Shown: positions 25,001 through 37,271 of the stretch, piece by piece
How positions within the stretch are numbered: the first letter of the stretch is position 1
Layout: every line of letters starts with the position of its first letter
Origin: Cyanophora paradoxa CCMP329
Lineage: Eukaryota; Plantae; Glaucophyta
NCBI GenBank assembly: GCA_004431415.1
Contig: QPMI01000453.1
Coordinates: forward strand, 248,001-312,000
Reading direction: 5' to 3'
DNA: 64,000 nucleotides
The notes under the pieces: model-generated
What the model saw: the letters and a program-made list of their open reading frames with translations, nothing else
What the model was told of the DNA's origin: nothing
The model's database searches: none
Translations under genes and position numbers: made by a program

Positions 25001-28000
25001 GGGCGGAGTGGCGCGGCGGCCTCCTATCTTAGGACATCTCCGAGCTCCGCTGAGCGAGCGCGGGCACCTGGACGGTCGAGACGGCCTCGCGCACGAGCCG
25101 CTGGTAGAACTCGCGCTCGGGGACCGTGAACCGGAGGTCCAGGCGCCCGTCCCTGTGGTGGCAGCGGAGTCGGAGGCGGGCGGGCGGGCGGGCGGGCGGT
25201 GTCCCCTCTACCAGCCGTCCTCTACTAGCCTCTACTACTAGCCGTCCCGGACCTGCGACAGGCCGGGAGTTCGATTTAAGCCGTCCCCTCTACTACTAGT
25301 CATCCCGGAGAGCGCGCGGCGCGCGCAAACACGCAGTGGAGATGAGGCGGAGCCGGGCGGGCGGTGTCCCCTCTTCTAGCCGTCCCGGAGAGCGCGGCGC
25401 GAGTGCAAAGCGAACAAGCACGGACCTGTGGCAGGGCGGGAGCTCGATCTCGTGGAGGACGTGGGCCTTGGCGTGCCGCCACATCGCGCCCCGCAGCAGC
25501 GCGTGCAGCCGCGCGATGCCCCGCGGGTCTGAGGCGGCGCCGGCGGCGTCAGGCAGAGGAGCGTTGTAGCGCGCGTGGTCTTGAAGCGCACGGGACATCT
25601 CGTAGGGGCGGCGGACGGCGTTGACCCACCAGAAGCGCTCCGCGTCTAATATATAATTAGACGAGAAGGAAAGAAGCGAAGAAGCTTAGAAGAAAGAAGG
25701 CGGACAGGGGTCGTGGCGGAGGAAGAGGAGGAGGCCGTAGAGGTCCTCCAGCCCCCGCCCGCCGATGGGCGTCCCCGTCACGCACCTGCGGGGCGGGCGG
25801 GTGAGGTACGATGAGAAGAGGTAGAGATAGACAGGGAAGCCTCGATCTCAGATACGAGCGCCCCGCCCGTGACAGGGAGGCTTAGAAGTTAGAATATTAG
25901 CATGCGGGCGAGCGAGGTAAAATAAGAGTAAGAAGAGATGAGCGGAATAGACAGACAGGTAGGCAGGCAGGCTTCGTTTTGGAGCGCAGCGGCGCCGCCC
26001 GGTCAGCCACGCACCAGCGGTGCCGCGCGGGGATCCGCGCCGCCATGCGCGCCGCCTGCGAGGTCGTCCCCTCGACCATCTGGGCCTCTGCGCCCGGCCC
26101 GCCAATGTCAGAGCGCGACCCAGGCTTGTAGTATCGCTAAGCTTCGCCCCACCCCGCCCCGCCCCCGCCCCTTCCCTCCCCTCCGCACCGTCGAGGATGA
26201 CGCGCCACCAGTCGAGGGCGAGGAGCGGGCTCTCCGGCACGTCGTACCGCTTCTGGAAGCGCAGCGCCCGCAGCACGTCCGCCTGCGCCGCGCGCCAGCT
26301 TAAGTCAAGACGGCTTTCTTAGCTCTTCTTCTTTAGTTCTTCTTAGCGGAATGCGGCTAGTGCTTCTAAGCTTCTGAGAGCGAGGCGCGCGAAGCACGTC
26401 CGCCTGGGTTCTGCTCCTCTAACCATCTCTCCAAGTCCTAAGTCCTAAACTTATTCTTCTCCTTCGAGGGCGCCGCACCTGCTGGCTGTAGTTGACCTCA
26501 GAGCGGAGGACCGTGTACGTCGTGAGCACGAGGTCGCAGCCGGCCAGCTCCTCCGCCCGCACCGCCGCCTCCTCCGCCGCCTCCGGGCCCCAGCCCTCCT
26601 CGCCCCCGCCCCCGCCCTTCTTCCCGCTCGCCGACTTCTTTCCAGAGGAGCGCCGCTTCCGGGGCGTCGTCTCGACTTTCCCCGTCGCCTCGCCCGCCTC
26701 TGCCGCCTCCGCCTCCGCCTGGCCCTCCCGGCTCTGCAGCGCACGATGAGATTTGTAGTCACGTTTCGACCTTTCCAACGCACCCGGAGGCCCTCGTAGA
26801 CGAAGAGCTTGAGGTGCGGCGCGTGGCGGCGCGCCTCGGCGCGCCACTGCTCGCGGATGGCGTCCGGGCACACCACCAGCGTCGCCCCGCTCGGGATCCG
26901 CCCGACCGGCCCGGCGCCGGCGCCGCTGACGTTCTTCTCGCGCGTGGGGCGGTACAGCAAATTGTGCTGCCGAAGGAGGTCCGCCACCTCCTCGGAGAGG
27001 GGTACCGGCTGGCCCGAGCCGGGCAGGAGCACGCCGTACCCCGAGGAGACCGCTGCCTGCCCGCTGCCGCCGCCGGCGGGGGTGGGGGCGGGTACGTAGA
27101 CAGCGACGTCCTGGGCGGGGTACCGCGGCGGGTCCCGAGGGGGAAGGATCTCCCGGGGCCGGGGCCCGGAAGCGGAAGAAGAGGAGCGGGGAGGGGGCGA
27201 GGAGGGCGAGGAGGACGGGGGCGAGGCGGCCGGCGCCGCCCGGGCGGCAGCGGCGGCGGCCCGGGGCCGCGGGTGGGCGACGAGGAGCGCGAGGACCTCG
27301 ACGGTCTTGCCCAGGCCCATCTCGTCGGCCTGGCGAGCTTGTCAGGGCCGAGAGGACGGGATGGGGGGCGAGGGATGGGGACGGGTACGCACGAGGATGC
27401 CGCCGGGTACGACGGCGTCGGGGGCGGCCTCCGCGTCGGGCGGCAGCGGCGCCGGCGCCGCGGGGGCCGCGAAGCGCGTGAGGGAGAGCCGCCCGGTGAA
27501 CCGGTTCAGGTACAGGATGGGACCTGATCGGAAGTTGTTAGCTTCAACGCAGAGTTCAAGGGAACAACAAGAGGCACCTGGCTCCGGGGCGGCGGCCTTC
27601 TCCTTACCCCCCTCCGGGGCGGCGGGGAGCCGGTACTCCTCCCAGAGGGGGTGCAGGGGTACGGCCGGCGCGCTCGAGGGCCCGGCCTCGGGCCCGGAGC
27701 CGACGCTGGCCCCCAGCTCGCGGTCGAGCAGCCACCTGAGGCAGCGCCGCTGGTAGGGCCGCAGCTGCGGCACGAGCTGCTCTGGCTGGAGCGCCTCCTC
27801 GCCGCCCCGCGGCCGCACGGCCTCGTACAGCGAGCGGAGGTCGAGGTTCGTGGCGGGGGCCGAGGCCGCCGCCGTGCCCTCCTCGGCCACCAGGTCGGTG
27901 ACGGCGTCGGCGTCGGCGTCCGGGGCCGAGGCGGGGCCGGCGCCGGGGCCCACGGGCGTCGGCTTGGCGAGGCCGGCGGGGCCGGCGAGGACGGCGGTGA

Positions 28001-31000
28001 CGAGGGCGCGGAGCGAGGGGAACTTGGCCAGGTCGGCGGCGGGGGCCGCCTCGTGAAAGGCACGGCGGAGCAGCCAGAGGCGCACGTGGACGCGCAGCAC
28101 GGGCCGCGTCGGGCCGGCGGGGTCGTCGGGGTCGGCGACCGCCTCGAACCGCACGAGGCGCGAGGCGGCCGCCGAGCGGAGCGCCGCGAGCAGGTCGCCC
28201 CCCACGTCCACCTGGGGTACCGGGTTAAGAAGAAGAAGCGTGCGGCAAAGCCGAGCCGAGCGCGCGAGAGGAAGGACGGACCTGGCGGTACGTGGCCACG
28301 CCGACCACTGGCTCCCGAACCGGCGCGCCCTCAGCCCCGCCATCGGCCCCGCCCTCGCCCTCCTCCTCTTTGACCGTGAAGAGGGCGCGGTTGCGGAGGA
28401 AGGCGACCTCGAGCGGCTCGCCCGCCCGCACGCGCGCCGGCCAGGAGACCATCCCCTCGTCCCCGGCCCCGGCCCCGGGCCCGGCCCCGGCCTCAGCCTC
28501 CGCGGATGCCTTCCGGGCCTCCTCCTCGGCCGCCGCACGCTGCGCGGCCGACGCCGTCAAGGTTAGAGCAGAAGAGACAAGGAAAGGGGCGGGACATCGG
28601 ACCTTTTCGGGGTCGTAGGGCTTGGAGGGCTTCCAGCGGGGCCCGCCGCGGCGGCGCAGGCGAAAGAGGGCGACGCGGATGATGTTCTGGGCGCAGTTGT
28701 ACGTGAAGGCCCGCGCGCTGTCCGCCTCCATGAGCCGCTGCCACGCGTCCGCGATGCCGAGCACACGCGCCTGCGAGCGCTCGCCGCCCGTGACGAGGCC
28801 CTCGGGCCTCGGCGGCGGCGGCAGCGGGGCGCGCTTGGGCGGCGCGCCCCGCGGCGTCGATGCGGCCGAGGATGAGGAGGCCCGAGGCAGGGCGGGGGGC
28901 GGGGTGGAGGGCCAGCGCCGGCGGCGGAGGCGGAGGCGGAGGAAGAGGAGGCGGCCGGGCGGCGGGGGAGGAGATGGTGGTCGGCACGATGCGGCGCTTG
29001 CCCTTGTCCTTCGGCGTGCCCCCGGCGAGCCCGCCGCCGCCGCGGACGCCGAGCCGCCGGGCCCGCCGGGCTCGCCGCCGCCGGCGCTGCTGCAGCCGGC
29101 GCGGAAGAGGACGGCCCAGCCGCCGGCGCGGAGGGGCCCGCGGCCGCTGCGGAGGGGCCCGCGCCAGAGGCGTCCGACGGCGCCTCCGGAGCCGCCGCCG
29201 TTGTCGCCGGTGCCTGCGCCGGCGCGGGGCCGGCAGCGGCTGCCGCGGCGGCGGCGGCGGCGGCCTCCTCCTCGTCGCCGCCGGCCTTGGCGACCCTGCG
29301 GGCCTCCTCCAGGATGCTGCGGTACTTGTTCGCGACGTCCAGGTACCGCCGCACGTTCCTCGGCAGCGCCTTCTCCCGCTCGTCGTCGCTGTCCGGCAGC
29401 GCCTGCTGGCCCGAGCGCCGCCCGCGGGCCTTCCCGGGCGGGATCGCCGGCGCCGCCGCGGCCGCGCGGGCTTCCTGCACCGCCTCCAGCAGCTCCCGCG
29501 GGCTCAGGTTCGGGACCTTAAGCAGCAGCGTCCCGAGGAAGAGCGGCTCGAAGGGCGGCGAGGGCGACCGCGGGGCCGCCGCCGACGGCGAGGAGGCCCG
29601 CCCGCGCGGCCGGCCCCGCCGCCCCGACCCCGCCTTGGGCGTCCCCTTCTCCTTCTTCGCCGTCCTGCGGGCCGACCGGGCGGGCGCGTCAGCGCCCTAG
29701 GAGAGCGAGAGCGGGAGCGAGAGCGGGAGGGGCGCACGGCGAGGCGGCCGGCGGCGGCGGCGGAGGACTCGCGGCGGCCTCCCCCGAGCCTTCTCCTACC
29801 CCTGGAGCCGCCTCGGAGGCCTCTCCGTCGGCCGCGGGCGCCTCGGCGGGGGCGGGGGCGGCCTTGGCGGCCGCGGCCCGCGCTGCCTTCCGCTTCGCCG
29901 CCTGCTGCTGCTTCTTCTTGCGGTTCGCCGCCAGCGGATCCGACGTGGACTGCGCAGAGGCTCAGGTGAAGAGGCTCAGGTGAGCTCGCGGGGCGCTCGC
30001 GCCTGGGGCCGGCGCTTGCGCTTCTTCGTGTCGTCCCACGTCAGCTTGGGGGCCGGGGCCGGCGCGCGCCGCTTGCGGCCCCCGCCCTCCACGTAGTCCT
30101 CCTCGTCGTCCTCGTCCTCGTCCTCGTCCTCCTCCTCCGGGTCGTCGTCGAACTGAATGGGCACCGGTGCCGCCGCCCGCCCTGCCGTCGGCGGCTTGCG
30201 CCGCGGCACCGCCGGCCGGCCGGCGCCCCGCCCGGGCGAGGGCGCCGGATCCGCGGGGGGGTCAGGGGGCGGAGGGGAGGGCGAGACGGCGAAGGGGACC
30301 GAGACGGCGGGCGGGATCGGCTCCGATCTCGCGCGCTCGGGTTGTACGGACGGCGCGGGGGCCGGGCCGGGGCCGGGGCCGGGCCGGCGTGGGTTCGAGA
30401 GGCGGCCAGGAGCGGGGCGGGGGCTGGAAGTCGGGGGCGGAGAGCACAACCTCGTCCAGCGGGGTCGGCTTCGGGGCCGGCGGCGGGCGCGGGTAGATCC
30501 GCACGGGCTGCGTCTTGCGCACCACCGGCGCCGGCGCCACCGGCGGCGGCGCCCGCCGCACCGGCGCTATCGGCAGCTTCCCAGGCGGCACCGGGGCCCC
30601 TGCCGAGGGCGGTGGGCCCCCGTTCGCATGGCTGGAAAACCCGCTGCGGACGGCGACGGCGGCGGCGGGGGCGGGCGCCGTGGCAACGCGCGGCGGCTGC
30701 GCAGGAGCCGGGGCCGTCTGCCATCGCTGGGGCGGCGGGCCAAAGCCCGAGGGCGCGGGAACCGACGAGAAGGCTTCCTGGTACGCGTAGGGCTGCTGCG
30801 GCTGCTGCTGCTGTGGTGGCGGCGGCGGGTAGCGTGCGGCAGGCGGGGCCGCGGCGGTGCGCGGGGGCGCCTGCTGCTGCAGCTGCGCCGCCGGCCAGTT
30901 CCCCGCCGCAGGAGACGGCGCGAACGCGGCGGGCTGTTGATGCCACGCTGGTTGATAGACTGGACTCGACGCTGCCGCGAGAGGGACGCTGGCGCGCGCC

Positions 31001-31445
31001 TCGGGCTGATGTCCGCGGGGCGGATACGTGCCCGCGTTCGCGTTCGCGTGGGTCGGCGGGCCCAGGTTCAAATGCGGCTCGATTGTTCGGCGCTTGTGCT
31101 GAAGACCACGCTGATGCTGGCACTGCTTGCACGCGAAGTGAGCGATCTCAGCTTGCTCGTAGAACCGCACGCCGTGGCAGTGCAGGTGACATCGCGCTGC
31201 CGGGTGATCGAATCAGCGATGCAGTGAGAGGGAGCGAGAGGGCGGACGATCGCGCGACGCCGCGAAATAGCCGGGGCCGCGTTCTTGCTCGAGGCGTCTC
31301 GGGCATCGCAACCGCGAGGGGGGCGCTCGGAACGGGCGCGTATTCGCGCTAGGCTAAGCGCACCTCCACAGCTGTAGCAGCAGAAAGCGACGCCTCGCTG
31401 GATCTCGTCGTCCGTAGGCCATGTTCCGCACTCCGAGCACGCCAT
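13930..31445 (-). CDS. SHPRH: SHPRH/IRC20-like E3 ubiquitin ligase-helicase (N-terminal PHD finger, SNF2 ATPase, RING, helicase C); many introns
   Basis: LRPYQRRCLRWLL (~27760); GGIL-ADEMGLGKTVE (motif I, ~27320); ATLVVCP; DLVLTTY; WWRVILD-EAQMVE (motif II); RWCV-TGTPI; RING CPVC...CGHIYCMAC...CAICR (16970-16660); MEPTLNP..EDQAINR/VHRIGQTRETFV (15050-14900); last exon ends TCTAGQ* at 13930. PHD CSEC..CYSC..HLHC..CKQC at 31445-31120. Joining the PHD exons to the helicase is inferred. Confidence 0.85.
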
Positions 31446-31646
31446 CCCGGAAGCTGGAGATCGAGCCCCTACGCCTACAGGAGCCTCATCCGGCGGGCTG
31501 ACGGGCTCGGCGGCGGAGCGGGCTCGTTTTCCCGGGGTAGAGAATTTGGAAAGGCTGACCACTTCATAAAGGCAGCTCGCTCGGCCCTCACTCCCAGCCC
31601 GTGCCGCCGAAAGGCGCAGAAAGCATCAGCAAAACTGGCGCCCGCT

Positions 31647-34600
31647 ATGGAGGCCGCAGCGCCTCTGAACGTCATGGTACGCGCACCTGTTCGCTATGGC
31701 ACCGGCTTCTCAGTGTTGAGACTCTGCGCAGGTGCCTGACTGCAAGCTTGAGAGGACAAACTCCGTCCCGCCCTCGCCGGCGCCCCTCCGGTCTTTCGCC
31801 GAGCTGCGAGAGCCAGTTCGTAAGTTCCTGCCCGGACGCCGCAGGAACGCTTCTGTGCTAGGCTCTAGATGCGCTCCTTGGGCCATACGCCGGCCGGCCG
31901 GGCCGGCAACGGGAGAACATAACCGCGCGCTTATCAACGTTCCACCTGTCCTGTCGCGCGCACCTCATTCCGTCGTCGGGGCGCAGCGGAAGGCAGTCCA
32001 AAGAGCCCGCGGAGGAAGATTTTCACTCCGCAAGCCTGCGATCTGGACTCGCGCTTCACCCAGTTCGACCTCATCACCCCCGGTCCGCGCCGCGCCCAGC
32101 CGGCCTCTATCCCTTCCGCGCCTTACCCAGCGCAGACGGGAAGATCCAGGAGATTAAGCGCATCTCCCAGACGGAGGCGCGGCTCGTCATCCGCATCGAG
32201 AACATTGCGCCGTTCTTCGTCGGCTATCAAATCAGCGAGCGCCAGCTGCAGTTCAACAGCCGGGCGACTATCGCACAGCTAGGAGTGAACATAGTCGGCG
32301 ATGACATCATTCTGGAGCCGGGGAATGCCACCGTTCGCGTGCGCGCGAGCCCGCCCCATCTGGATTCGGGAAGATGCGGGCTCACCGCGCTCGCAGGCGC
32401 GCGCGATAGCCCTCAACCCGCTGGGCGTGCGGCTCTTGGATCAGCTTCAGGTAGCGGATTCTTCCTTTGCGCTTTCTTTTCTCCCTTCTTGAACGCGCCT
32501 GGCAGCCGGGGGCCATCGTCGGCAAGCTCTTCGCGGCGGACGACCGGCGCCGCGTGCGGCACTCGGTGTACCTGACGCGCATGGCGAACCGCACGGACCG
32601 CTACGGCCGCCCGCTCCTGAAGTTCGGCTGTGCGCCCGCGCCGCCGCGCCACGCCGCGCCGCGCCGCGCTTCCCGCCCGCCTGGCTGACCGACCGCCTGG
32701 CCGCCTGGCGCAGCGGACGCGACGGGGATGAAGGACGTGCGGTTCGAGGAGATCAACGGGCGCCTGATCGCCCACGTGCAGCTCGTCCCGGGCCGCGTCG
32801 AGTGCGCGCGCCGCCGGCCCGCCGGCCCGCCCGGCCTCGGACGGACGGGCGGACGGAAGGCTAAACAGACAGCCGCCGGCAGTTTCGAAGAGGACGTGGA
32901 GGGACTCCTTCCGACCGTCGTGAAGGCGTTCACCGCCGGGCGCACCATCCGAGACACGCTGGCCCTCCACCAGGTCCGAGACTGGTCTTCTGAGCTATGG
33001 AAGCCGCCCGCCGCCCCTGCTAAGTAAGGGTCGCAGCGGATCGTGGAGGGCCCGCGGAGGCCGCAGCAGGAGGCCCCCTTCGACCAGCGGGAGGGCCTCG
33101 TCATCGTCAAGACGCGGCGCATCTACCTCCGCACCGTCTTCGCCCGAGTCGCCGCCGACATGCTCCCGGAGGGGTACGCCTGCACTTCGGCCAACGTGAT
33201 GGAGCCTGACATGAACGACGTCTCCGCCCTCTACGAGCTCGTGGCGAAGCCGGGCGGCGCGCCCGGCGAGATCTCCTCGGTGCCCCTCGAGTTCTTCACG
33301 CTGGAGGCGTACCGCGAGCACGTGCACTTCGGCGATCGGGACCAGCTCCAGGTGCTCCTGGAGCGGCCCGAGGTCCTCTTCGACGCGATGCGGACGGCCC
33401 CCGCGCCCCGCGACTCCTGCGCCGCCGTCTACATCGTCAAGGGCCACCAGCTGCTGGACCTGACACCCGACGACTGGGTCACCCGCAACCCGACTCGGCG
33501 GGACTTCCCCGGCCTCGCCTCGCCGCAGCAGCAGGCCGAGGCCATCGACGAGTACATCCGCGCGCAGGCCGAGTACCCCTTCCTCAAGCAGATCGACCAG
33601 CACTACATCACGTCCCAGGGGGTACTCATCTCCCGCTACTTTCCCTCCCCGTGCCTCAAGGGCATGCTCCTCAACGACAACGTGCGCCGTACCCCCCCCT
33701 TTCCACCCCTACCCCTGTTCCTGCGCCGGGCTCTGCGGCGGCCGGCGCGAGGCCCGCCGCGCCGCTCTTTCCTCCCGGCCGAGATTTCACCCCCTACCCT
33801 TACCCCTGCCCTCAACTACCCCCCCTCCCCCAAACTAACCTGTACCCCCCTCTTCCCGCAGGTGCGGTGGTGCCTGAAGGGCGTCTACTTCGAGACGCCC
33901 TCGCGCGGCAACGGCGAGTTCTTCAGCCAGGAGGACCGCGCGCTGATGATCGACCTCGCAAAGTTCGGCGTACCCGTCTACCGCCTCGACACGACCACGA
34001 ACACCATCCTCCAGTTCGTCCACAAGGTGATTTTTTGGTTCCTTTCTATGTGATTCTATGTGTCTCTATCTTATATTCTGCAGGCCGGCAAGGACAGCGG
34101 CATGTTCGTGCCCAGCCACCGCGTGGACCACTTCATGCGGGCTACGCTCTTCGGAGTCTACGGTTCTAACCTGGTCGAGGGCGATTTCGAGGGCGAGCTG
34201 CGCCGGCTCCTCCTGGGAGTGCTGGACCTGAAGGGCCGGACCGCGCACCCGCTCCTGAATCCCGACACCCCCCTGGCGCTCCTGACGGGCGGCGGGCCCG
34301 GCGCGATGGCCGTGGGCAACCGCGTGGCGAAGAGCGTCGGGATCCTCTCCTGCGCCAACATATGCGACTTCTCGCCCAAGACGCCCGGCGTGGTCGTCAA
34401 CGAGCAGAAGATCAACCCCGACATCGAGGCCAAGGTTCTCTCGGATCAGATCTGATCTCACCTGATCTCTACCTGATCTGAGTCAGATGAGCTTCCGGCT
34501 GGAGAAGCTTGTGGAGCGGCAGGCCGAGTTCAACCTCGACTTCCCCATCTTCCTCGTCGGCGGCGTCGGCACCGACTTCGAGTACGCCCTCGAGGAGGTC

Positions 34601-35126
34601 CGCAGGAAGGTGAGCAAATGTCTATCTATCTATCTTTCGATGGCGAACTTTGCTTTCATCGTCCTTTAAAGGCTTTGCTTTCGGCAATATAACGCGCGCT
34701 TCCCTCTCGGCAGGTGGGTACGACGCCGGCGCACCCCGTGCTCCTCTTCGGGCCCGTCGAGTTCTGGCGCGACAAGGTGGGGCTTTCTCCCCCTTCCCCG
34801 CTACCTTTTAATCTCGTACCCATGCTTCGCGGGCTCTTCTTCTTCCTCGCAGCTGCGGGGCAAGTTCCAGGCGAACCTCGCGTCGGGCACCATCAAGGGC
34901 TCCGAGGTGCGCTCGCCGCTCCTCGTCGAAGAGTAGTACCCCCTGTATCGATCGCTCAAACTGACTCGGCCTCGCTCGGCAGTGGCTCTCGAACTGCTTC
35001 TTCCAGATCACGACGGCCGAGGAGGGCCTCAAGGTCTTCGAGCGCTTCTTCTCGGGCGAGCTCGCCATCGGCAAGGGCGGGCCCGTCTACGACGACGGCT
35101 TCTGCATCGTCTCCCAGTGCCTCTAG
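31647..35126 (+). CDS. Long LOG/SLOG-family nucleotide monophosphate nucleosidase-like protein, Chlamydiae-type (~700+ aa), intron-containing
   Basis: Spliced product: FDLITPDGKIQEIKR..., VGKLFAADDRRRVR, PLEFFTLEAYREH, ITSQGVLISRYFPSP, LFGVYGSN, LLTGGGPGAMAVGNRVAK, LVERQAEF, FLVGGVGTDFEYALEE (LOG PGGxGTxxE variant); TAG at 35124-35126. 5' micro-exons are tentative. Confidence 0.82.
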
Positions 35127-35490
35127 GCTTTCCCCGTCGGCGACTGCGCTGTTGGACGGCGGCGGCCGGCCGCGGCGCGGGACTTCTTCGGCGGAGCGCT
35201 TCTCGAGCCCGCGGGGCGCTCGGTTCTTCTCAGGACTTGTTGTACAGATGGATAGTGGCCCCGAGCGCGTGTACAGTCTCTCCCAGGCTCGCTCGTGCAG
35301 CTTCCGAGCGGCTGGTGTAACTTTCCAAAGTGTTGTACTTTACCGATGTACGCATACGCATAATGCACTTGCGATTGGCCTTTCCTGGCCGTCCAGCGCG
35401 CGGCCTGGCACATCATCGCCGCACATGCGAACCTGCCCGGCCGGATTTGATCCACGTAATGATTTGATCTCTCTGCAGCTGAGAGCTACC

Positions 35491-36941
35491 ATGGCGCCGG
35501 CCGCCTTCGCGTCACCCTCCCCAGTGCCGCCTTCCGCAGGATCACTTGCGCTTTTCAAGACAGCGTGCTGCAGTTCCGCGGCGGCCAGCCGCTCGCAGCG
35601 CCGTCGGCAGCTGGAAGTCGACGACCACTTCTGCGGCACTCCGGTCGCCCTTCGGCGGCTCAGATCGGAACGCGGAGAGTGTAGCGAGCGTCGGGCGCTC
35701 GTCGCCAGCAGCTGCCAGGACGTCGATGGCGAGAGCTTGGCCACCGCACACACGCGGCCGACGCCGCGCCGGCGCATGCTCGCGGCCGTTGCGAGGGCTG
35801 CTGGCGCGCTGGTCGTCGCAGCGGAGGCTCTGCCGAGCCCCGCGCGTGGTGCGTCGCCGGAGTCATCTTTTGCAGCATTCGCTGCTTGCCTCCCGCTGAC
35901 CGCCGGGCGCAGCGGCGTTCGGCATGGGCGCCAGTTACAGCAAGGTCATTAAGAAGCTGGTTCGTGTGCCATGCCGCCGAACGCGCCTCCCGAGAACCTC
36001 CTTAGCGCCGCGCGCGGCCTCGCCGTTGCTGATCGCTCCGCGTTCTGCTCTCAGGGACCCGTTGACTTCCTCATCGAGTATCCGACGGGCTGGAAGCAGC
36101 GGTCCGCCTGTATCCCTGCCCCCCCGCCGCCCTGTCCTCGGCCTCGTAGCTAACGCCTGGCCTCTGGCGCTCTCTGACTCCCGGCCCGTCCCGCAGGAGC
36201 AACACGCAGCGCTCGGGCTACGTGGTGGGCGAGTTCCAGAACGGAGGCACGCCTTCCCTGCCCTGCGCCCCCGCCGCGCCGCGCCGCGCTCATTGGGGGG
36301 ATGCAGATGTCGCGTACGTGAACAAGGGGCCTGAGGTCAAGGGCGCCAACAGCATCGAGGAGCTGGGTACGCCCGAGGAGGTCTTCCGCAGGCGCGTCTC
36401 AGGCCTCTCAGAGAGCTCTGCCGTTTCCTCGCGCGCGCTCGCCTAATTCTGAGCCTCGCGCAGCTACGGCTCGCTTTTGATCCAGCGGGACATCCTAGGG
36501 GACGACCGGAACGCGGACGTGCGGACCGCGGCGCGGGCCGAGCGCGACGGCCGAGTCTACTACACGGCCGTGCTCGAGTTCGAGACGTGCGTACCCCCCT
36601 CCGCCCCCCCCCCCCCCCCCCCCCCGCCCCCCCCCCCCCCCCCCTTCAGGGTGACGGTCTCGGGGTACCGCGTGGCGCGGCGCTGCACGGTCAGCGCGGC
36701 GGTCTTCGGGGGGTACATCTTCGCCGCCGCCGCCTCCAGCTCCGGTCCGCATACCCCCGCCCCGCATCCCGAAATCACCAGGCCCAGCCCAAACTCACCT
36801 TGGGGCCGCGAAGAGGGCCGGTGGGGGGAGGCCAAGCCTGCCCTGCAGCACATCGCCGACAGCTTCCGCATCTTCCCCGCAGCCGCCTCCGCCGCCGCCT
36901 CGAGCGCCGATGCCGACTTTCTCCGCTCCGGCTCCCGCTAG
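35491..36941 (+). CDS. PsbP-domain (PPD-like) thylakoid lumen protein with plastid transit peptide and Tat signal
   Basis: MAPAAF... Ser/Ala/Arg-rich transit peptide; twin-arginine PRRRMLAAVARAAGALVVAA; FLIEYPTGW, SIEELGTPEE, RDGRVYY, RWGEAKPALQHIADSFRI are PsbP-fold motifs. Confidence 0.8.
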
Positions 36942-37271
36942 CTGACCGATGAATTTCCTCGGCGGGATTCAGTGCAAATCTAAAGACCCCGGGGCCGGGG
37001 CCGCATCCGGATCGGACCGCGCGTGTCCAGCGCTGATCATGAGCCGCGCCCTGCGCATGCCGCTGTGCGTTCTCAATCATATGCATTCCCTTCTTTGAAA
37101 TGTACTTCAGCTTGTTGCTTTTCAGTTCGGTGTAATTGTTTTGTGCTTTTGATTCCCAGTACTAGTACATGCGTACTACAAATATACAAGTGATATCGAT
37201 TCAATTTCCTTCAACACGGGAATAGCTGTAGCTTCAAGCGGCTTCCTATAGCTAGAGGAGCGGTTGGGCCG

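Noticed and set aside
24480-25060. Repeat mosaic as a transposon or CRISPR array
   Set aside because: No TIR/LTR or ORF, irregular unit lengths; best explained by local duplications inside an intron.
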